Translations under genes and position numbers: made by a program
Shown here: positions 1 through 4,654 of the stretch, piece after piece
Position numbering within the stretch: the first letter of the stretch is position 1
Layout: each line of letters opens with the position of its first letter
Notes under the pieces: model-generated
What the model saw: only the letters and a program-made list of their open reading frames with translations
The model's database searches: none
Told to the model about the DNA's origin: nothing
Virus record (IMG/VR): IMGVR_UViG_3300028654_000194
DNA length: 20,000 bases
Reading direction: 5' to 3' (one strand)
Source: an uncultured virus (IMG/VR IMGVR_UViG_3300028654_000194)
Lineage: Duplodnaviria; Heunggongvirae; Uroviricota; Caudoviricetes

Positions 1-294
1 GAAATCGTCACCGTGCCACTTGTTCGTTTTGGTGGTGACGATCTTGACGCGGATCAGCGAACGCCTGTGCTTGCCGCTTACGACAGTGCAGATCACTTCA
101 CCCTTCGGTGCGCCATAGCCCTGTTCGATCAAGGCTGTGAACACCGGGAAGGATTGCAGCTTGTCGATCTTGCGCTTGACGCCATCGACAGATGGTGCGC
201 GCACTGTCTCACTGTTCAGCGTGGCTTCGAACTTCGCTGTCTTCGCGTTGAACGTGATCGCGACATCGCGGTACGTCTGTTTGAACTCATCCAT
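1..294 (-). CDS. Hypothetical phage early protein (partial, runs off the window)
   Basis: Own translation from ATG at 294 (MDEFKQTYRDVAITFNAKTAKFEATL...) is open to position 1. It is preceded by ACAGGAGA and repeat copy 1. Not in the ORF track. Confidence 0.75.
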   Translation of the reverse strand, partial: MDEFKQTYRDVAITFNAKTAKFEATLNSETVRAPSVDGVKRKIDKLQSFPVFTALIEQGYGAPKGEVICTVVSGKHRRSLIRVKIVTTKTNKWHGDDF

Positions 295-300
295 TGCAGT

Positions 301-388
301 TCTCCTGTGCTGCGCCATCGCGCAGCGTTGTCGTGCAATCTTCTGATCGCACTGGATGCCAGCTTCCCATCAGGAAGCTGGACACCAC
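301..388 (-). repeat. Intergenic structured repeat, copy 1 (three hairpins + RBS)
   Basis: Minus strand: TGGTGT-CCAGCTTCC tgatg GGAAGCTGG-CATCCA-GTGCGATC agaa GATTGCAC-GACAAC-GCTGCGC gatg GCGCAGC-ACAGGAGA. Confidence 0.9.
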
Positions 389-399
389 TGCGTTCCTTT

Positions 400-1503
400 C
401 TACGACGCCATGTCCAAGATTTTGCCAGCCTTGCGTTCCAGTTCGACACGCTTGTCCTGAAACTGGATGCCACGTGCGAAGGCCGTGATGCCGGTGGCGA
501 TGTCCCACAGGTTCGACACACCGTCCTTCGTGCCCAGCGGACGACCTTCGTCCGTCTGGAAGGCCGACACGATGTTCTGTGCTTCGCGCTTGGTGAAACG
601 CTTGGCCAAGAACTCATCGATGTTGTCCACGCGCTTGGCACGCGCGTCCGTCACCGCCTTGACCACGCCAGCCGAAGATGAGTTGGCGTAGGCTTGGATC
701 GCAGGTGTGACTTCCTCGATCCACTTGTCAGGCGCAGACACCGTGTGGCGCACGGTGATCTGTTCGAAGTTGCATGCACCCCACACGATGCGGTTCATGC
801 AGGCGTAGTCGAACAGGAACGACGCCATGCCCAGCGTGCGATCACCGACTTCGCTGTTCCACACGAAGAACCCGCGTGCCAGCGCGCCGGACTGTCCGTC
901 GCGGCGGTTCGGGATTTCGATGCGGTTTTCCTCATCCGCAAGGAAGATGAACATGTCGCGATCACCGGCATACAGCGTGGTGTTCTGTTCGGTGATCGGC
1001 ACCTTCTTGCCGAACTCACCGGGGACCGTGAAGTCGCCAGTGATGCCATCGCCGTAGTGTTCAAGGATCGCCTTGGCCACGTCGCTGTTCCAGATGCGCC
1101 CGTAGTTCGGACCCGTCGCGGCAGCCAAGACCGGGCTGCCGTTCTGGCGAAGCAGCAGACCCACGTCCTGAATGTCGCGGTCGTAGCGCAGGCCGAAGTT
1201 CAGGGCGTCGGCTGCAATCGGCGCGGGCAACCCGCGCAGATAGCCCGCAGGTGCGTTTACAAGACGCGCCAACTGGCCGAACGCATGGTGCGTGGGGAAG
1301 AACCCGTTGCCTACCGGGCCGACCACCTGAAGGCCCTTGGCGTCGTTTTCAGTCGGCTGGATTTCAATCGACCGTGACGACACGACTGCGCCGCGCGACT
1401 GCTTGCGCATCTTCAGCGTGGCTTCATGCAAAGCCGTGACTGAAAGGAAGCGTTCATCAGCCGGACGCGAAGCCCACTGATGTGATGCTTGATAAAGCTG
1501 CAT
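400..1503 (-). CDS. DUF932-family phage/plasmid protein
   Basis: MQLYQASHQWASRPADERF..., LYAGDRDMFIFL, RGFFVWNSEVG, CMNRIVWG, VRHT resemble DUF932 proteins. Start moved to ATG 1503, 6 nt after AGGAGA; the track's upstream extension crosses the repeat and another gene. Confidence 0.75.
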   Translation of the reverse strand: MQLYQASHQWASRPADERFLSVTALHEATLKMRKQSRGAVVSSRSIEIQPTENDAKGLQVVGPVGNGFFPTHHAFGQLARLVNAPAGYLRGLPAPIAADALNFGLRYDRDIQDVGLLLRQNGSPVLAAATGPNYGRIWNSDVAKAILEHYGDGITGDFTVPGEFGKKVPITEQNTTLYAGDRDMFIFLADEENRIEIPNRRDGQSGALARGFFVWNSEVGDRTLGMASFLFDYACMNRIVWGACNFEQITVRHTVSAPDKWIEEVTPAIQAYANSSSAGVVKAVTDARAKRVDNIDEFLAKRFTKREAQNIVSAFQTDEGRPLGTKDGVSNLWDIATGITAFARGIQFQDKRVELERKAGKILDMAS

Positions 1504-1509
1504 TGTCAT

Positions 1510-1603
1510 TCTCCTTGTACCCAGCCATCGCTGGGCGGTTGCGTGCAATCTTGTGATCGCACTGGACGCCTGTCGCTTGCGCGACAGGACACCAGCAGGG
1601 TCA
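1510..1603 (-). repeat. Intergenic structured repeat, copy 2
   Basis: TGACCCTGCTGGTGT-CCTGTCGC gcaa GCGACAGG-CGTCCA-GTGCGATC acaa GATTGCAC-GCAACCG-CCCAGC gatg GCTGGG-TACAAGGAGA. Confidence 0.9.
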
Positions 1604-1604
1604 C

Positions 1605-1844
1605 TCACCAGTGCTTGAACGCCGGGCACCAGTGTGCGTGCCCGGATAAGCCACCGTTGCAGTCGCAGCGCGTGATGCGCATGTACTGCGGGTTGAACGT
1701 GGGCCATGTGGTGAAGAAACGTTCCATCGCATCGGCGCTGCTGTCGAAGCGCAGTTCACCGATGAAGGGAAGTTCCAGCGGCACCCAACGTGTCACCGGA
1801 TAGCCGCCATAGGTGCCGAACTTTTTCCACTGGATGACGACCAT
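1605..1844 (-). CDS. Hypothetical protein (79 aa, C-terminal CxC...HxxxC motif)
   Basis: ORF with GGAGG RBS, directly after the upstream gene's stop, ending at the edge of repeat copy 2. Confidence 0.65.
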   Translation of the reverse strand: MVVIQWKKFGTYGGYPVTRWVPLELPFIGELRFDSSADAMERFFTTWPTFNPQYMRITRCDCNGGLSGHAHWCPAFKHW

Positions 1845-1845
1845 A

Positions 1846-2067
1846 TCAGCGGCCTCCGCTTACGTAGTGGCTGCACAGGTCGAACAGTTGGTCGCGTTCC
1901 AGCGTTGCTACAACGCGGCGCACGCTTTCACCATCTTCGTACCACCCCTTCGCGTGCTTGAAGCCGGGGTCAGGGATGTGGCGTTCGGCGCAAGCGTGCG
2001 CCAGAAACCCCCACCACACCAAGAACTCGGTCGTGGCGCATGTCGCGTTCAGTTGTGAATTTGGCAT
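1846..2067 (-). CDS. Hypothetical protein (73 aa)
   Basis: ATG follows the AAGGAGA of repeat copy 3. Confidence 0.7.
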   Translation of the reverse strand: MPNSQLNATCATTEFLVWWGFLAHACAERHIPDPGFKHAKGWYEDGESVRRVVATLERDQLFDLCSHYVSGGR

Positions 2068-2073
2068 TGTCAG

Positions 2074-2167
2074 TCTCCTTGTGCGCCACCACCGTGGCGC
2101 GTTGTCGTGCGGTCTTGTGATCGCACTGGATGCCGGTCGTCTTCACGACCGGACACCAGCAGGGTCA
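2074..2167 (-). repeat. Intergenic structured repeat, copy 3
   Basis: TGACCCTGCTGGTGT-CCGGTCGT gaag ACGACCGG-CATCCA-GTGCGATC acaa GACCGCAC-GACAAC-GCGCCAC ggtg GTGGCGC-ACAAGGAGA. Positions 2068-2134 are identical to 2557-2623. Confidence 0.92.
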
Positions 2168-2557
2168 AAGGGAATTTTCAGCAACGCCGTGCTGTTCGAC
2201 GTAGTCCACGAAGTCGCCGGGGTACATCTTCTTCATCATCGCTTCGTTCAGGCCACCGATCTTCTTGAAACCGAACTGGGCGACAACGTGGAAACCGCGT
2301 GCGTCCTGCACGACATCGCCAACGGACAGCGAAGACATGCGGTCAACCAGCTTGCGAACCAGACTGCCACCGTTCCACAGGTTCAACATCTCGAAGGCGT
2401 GTTCCATGTCGTGGGCGTCCACGATGGCGACAGCGCGATACATGCCCGCCGTCAAAGCAAGCGCCACATCTTCCATCTTGCCGAAGCAGCGGATGTCGCG
2501 CGCGGTGTTAGACATAAGATGCACAGGCTTCATCTGCCAGATTGTGTAGTTCGTCAT
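2165..2557 (-). CDS. YodL-like domain protein
   Basis: Y..V.......ME.AF..LN ... MSSLSVGDVV ... GF pattern typical of YodL-like proteins; RBS supplied by repeat copy 4. Confidence 0.6.
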   Translation of the reverse strand: MTNYTIWQMKPVHLMSNTARDIRCFGKMEDVALALTAGMYRAVAIVDAHDMEHAFEMLNLWNGGSLVRKLVDRMSSLSVGDVVQDARGFHVVAQFGFKKIGGLNEAMMKKMYPGDFVDYVEQHGVAENSL

Positions 2558-2562
2558 GTCAG

Positions 2563-2656
2563 TCTCCTTGTGCGCCACCACCGTGGCGCGTTGTCGTGCG
2601 GTCTTGTGATCGCACTGGATGCCAGCCGCTTGCGCGGCTGGACACCAGCATGGTCA
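2563..2656 (-). repeat. Intergenic structured repeat, copy 4
   Basis: TGACCATGCTGGTGT-CCAGCCGC gcaa GCGGCTGG-CATCCA-GTGCGATC acaa GACCGCAC-GACAAC-GCGCCAC ggtg GTGGCGC-ACAAGGAGA. Confidence 0.92.
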
Positions 2657-2992
2657 GGCTGTGACCGTGAACTTCTTGTTGCGACGTGCGCGCTTCTCTG
2701 CGGCAGCGAAGTATTTTTCCATCGCGGCATGCGCGGCTTCGACTGTCTTGTGTTCGGTGCGGTTGAACGCGGGGCCGTACTTCTTGCCAGCGCGCAGCGC
2801 CCGCACCCACAACCAGATTGCATCGTCCGCGTTGTCGCGGTTCCAGTAGGCATGCTGTGCGTTTGTTTCTTCATGGTATTGCGTGCGAACGATCATCGCA
2901 TGCGCGCCAACCGCGCGACCGAAGTTGTCCTTCACCGCGAAGGTGCGATCTTCAGTGTGCAGCGTTTCGGATTTCGTTTCGTTGACCTTCAT
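2654..2992 (-). CDS. Hypothetical protein (112 aa), first gene of the leftward early operon
   Basis: ATG at 2992 (MKVNETKSE...) after GGAG; the longer track ORF would run through the hammerhead. Confidence 0.7.
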   Translation of the reverse strand: MKVNETKSETLHTEDRTFAVKDNFGRAVGAHAMIVRTQYHEETNAQHAYWNRDNADDAIWLWVRALRAGKKYGPAFNRTEHKTVEAAHAAMEKYFAAAEKRARRNKKFTVTA

Positions 2993-3005
2993 TGTCTTCT
3001 CCATA

Positions 3006-3021
3006 CTGCACCACCGTGCAG
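3006..3021 (-). promoter_or_regulatory. RBS-proximal hairpin (fifth, partial copy of the repeat)
   Basis: AACG-CTGCAC ggtg GTGCAG-TATGGAG has the same G(A/G)TG loop, C-G closing pair and position as hairpin 3 in copies 1-4. Confidence 0.75.
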
Positions 3022-3022
3022 C

Positions 3023-3084
3023 GTTCAGCGTTTCGATCAATACTGTGATCATCATCAGCACGACTGTTTGTCGTGGACGCTAAC
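3023..3084 (-). ncRNA. Type III hammerhead ribozyme
   Basis: GUUAGC-GUC|CACGAC aaaca GUCGUG (stem I)-CUGAUGA-U-GAUCA caguau UGAUC (stem II)-GAAAC GCUGAAC (stem III pairs with UUAGCGU). Complete core; predicted cleavage between 3076 and 3075. Confidence 0.9.
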
Positions 3085-3249
3085 TTCGACCCCATGCAGG
3101 CTTCCTGCTCTGGCGCTACTGACCCTCATCGCGTGCTACGAACATCCGCCTTCACATCTGGCTAACGTCCGCATCCCGACTTGGGCGGGTCCGATTTTCC
3201 CGCCACCGTCACTTGACCGGGGGAACCACCGGGGACCACCCGGCACAAC

Positions 3250-3375
3250 GCAAATAGATCAAAAAACAGGGGCGCTGTAAATACGAGAAACAGGGGGTTT
3301 CGTATTTATTTTTGGGAGATTTTTGGCGGGAAAGCTGGGTTTTTACAGGGGGGTTCAAATACGAGGGTTTCCGAT
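3250..3375. promoter_or_regulatory. Divergent control region with operator-like repeats
   Basis: AT-rich gap between divergent operons. Inverted repeat TAAATACG (3278-3285)/CGTATTTA (3301-3308), second AAATACGAG at 3357-3365, three CAGGGG copies, candidate leftward TTTACA..CTATTT promoter. Confidence 0.55.
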
Positions 3376-3413
3376 ACCTTGTCGCCAGCGCAAATCACCG
3401 CTTTTCTTCGCAC

Positions 3414-3611
3414 ATGAAATGGCACCCGGAAGACCGCGCGCTGGCGCTGCATCTCTACGCGCAAGGCATGTCTGCATCGCGCATCAGCGCGCGCACCGGC
3501 AAGTCGCGCAACGCGATCATCGGTCTTGCGCATCGCGCTGGTATCAAACACGGCAACGCAATGGTCGCGAAGCTTGAAGAACGCGTTGCTGCGTTACGTA
3601 TCGCGCCATGA
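3414..3611 (+). CDS. GcrA-like N-terminal HTH protein (65 aa)
   Basis: MKWHPEDRALALHLYAQGMSASRISARTGKSRNAIIGLAHRAGI follows the GcrA N-terminal pattern W.......L..L...G.SAS.IA..LG..RNAVIG..HR.GL. Confidence 0.75.
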   Translation: MKWHPEDRALALHLYAQGMSASRISARTGKSRNAIIGLAHRAGIKHGNAMVAKLEERVAALRIAP

Positions 3612-3763
3612 ACATGTTCGCTGCTGCGCGCGATGCGGTGATTGCAGCAGCACGCGTTGTCGATCAGGTTTTTCCTGTCGCGCAGTATCACTGCATCGAT
3701 GATCTGAGTGCAGCACTGCGCGAATACGATGCTGCGAAGAAAGCGAAGAAGTGGAATGACTGA
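3608..3763 (+). CDS. Hypothetical protein (51 aa)
   Basis: MNMFAAARDAVIAAARVVDQ...KKWND*. ATGA overlap with the upstream gene and overlap with the next start; below the track cutoff. Confidence 0.55.
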   Translation: MNMFAAARDAVIAAARVVDQVFPVAQYHCIDDLSAALREYDAAKKAKKWND

Positions 3764-4136
3764 GTGCGACATCCCCGATGTCGATCCGCCCGGTCGTATC
3801 TACTGCGATCACACGCTGGTCATCTACGCCGTGGTCGATCCGCAGGATACATTCTTCACGAAGTGGAAGTGGCACATCAACGTTCCGCACAACAAGCGCA
3901 ACGGAAAGAAAAAGTATTTCAGGCGTTCGCGCAGTCGTGGGGGCGTTTACAAGTCGCCGCTATATCTTCACGTGGAGATTATGAAGCGCACCGGCATCGA
4001 ACCGCCGACCAAGAAGCACAAGCTGGTCGATCACATCGACGGCAACGAATGGAACTGCCGCCGCAGCAATCTGCGCTGGGCGACGCATAGAGAGAACCGG
4101 CACAACATCAACCACGGAGGCGCTTACCTTGTTTGA
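3756..4136 (+). CDS. Free-standing HNH endonuclease (HNH_3-like)
   Basis: YLHVEIM...VDHIDGNEWNCRRSNLRWATHREN motif. Confidence 0.85.
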   Translation: MTECDIPDVDPPGRIYCDHTLVIYAVVDPQDTFFTKWKWHINVPHNKRNGKKKYFRRSRSRGGVYKSPLYLHVEIMKRTGIEPPTKKHKLVDHIDGNEWNCRRSNLRWATHRENRHNINHGGAYLV

Positions 4137-4359
4137 CATATCGAAGCTTGGACAGCCGACCGGAACCAGCGGGTTTCGTTTCGGCATGACGCAGGATGGT
4201 GCCGTCGCCATGCTTGAAGAATTTTTGGCACAGGTGAAGGGCGGCAAGATCGCACTTCAGGGTGTCGAACAATCGACAACGGCGACGCCCGATGATTTCA
4301 TGTTGCGCAGCCTGACATTAAAATATGCGGAAAAAGATGACACGCAAACGACTGCCTAA
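4129..4359 (+). CDS. Hypothetical protein (76 aa)
   Basis: GGAGG RBS before a TTG start; overlaps both neighbours in operon fashion. Confidence 0.6.
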   Translation: MFDISKLGQPTGTSGFRFGMTQDGAVAMLEEFLAQVKGGKIALQGVEQSTTATPDDFMLRSLTLKYAEKDDTQTTA

Positions 4360-4654
4360 CCGCCGCGACAACGACACGGTCGTGTTCGAACATGACGGCA
4401 TCCGCTACCACGCGACCGCCAGCTTCATCGACGGTCAACTGGCGGAAGTGTTCTTGGATGGCCCGAAGGCCGGATCGCTGGCCAGCATGGTCGCGCGCGA
4501 AAGCGCCGTGCTGCTATCGCTGGCGCTTCAGCACGGCACGCCGGTCAGCGTGCTGCGCGAAGCGTTGCCGAAGCTGCCGAATGGTGCGCCTGCCGGGCCG
4601 ATGGGGGCAGCACTATTTGCCATAGACCACATCATTGCCAATGTCCGCGCCTAG
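4337..4654 (+). CDS. Stand-alone TSCPD / class II ribonucleotide reductase C-terminal-like domain protein
   Basis: RKRLPNRR...DGQLAEVFLDGPKAGS...AVLLSLALQHGTP matches the NrdJ C-terminal/TSCPD pattern. Confidence 0.7.
   Translation: MTRKRLPNRRDNDTVVFEHDGIRYHATASFIDGQLAEVFLDGPKAGSLASMVARESAVLLSLALQHGTPVSVLREALPKLPNGAPAGPMGAALFAIDHIIANVRA

Noticed and set aside
1510..1603. Repeat as a twister-sister, twister, pistol or HDV-like ribozyme (GCUGGUG...UCCAG resembles twister-sister P4)
   Set aside because: I could not find the other conserved elements or pseudoknots of those classes by eye; it remains unclassified pending a covariance-model search.
1504..1707. N-terminal extension of the DUF932 ORF given in the track
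   Set aside because: It overlaps repeat copy 2 and another gene; the SD supports ATG 1503.
301..2656. Repeats as a CRISPR array or integron attC sites
   Set aside because: Spacing is 0.4-1.1 kb and filled with genes. There is no cas operon (DUF2800 is a replication-associated Cas4-like nuclease), no clear RYYYAAC/GTTRRRY ends and no integron integrase in the window.
1958..3280. 440-aa plus-strand ORF, and similar long antisense ORFs (13-681, 694-1377, 5660-6568)
   Set aside because: Shadow ORFs of GC-rich minus-strand genes; they cross repeats and have no RBS or recognisable motifs.
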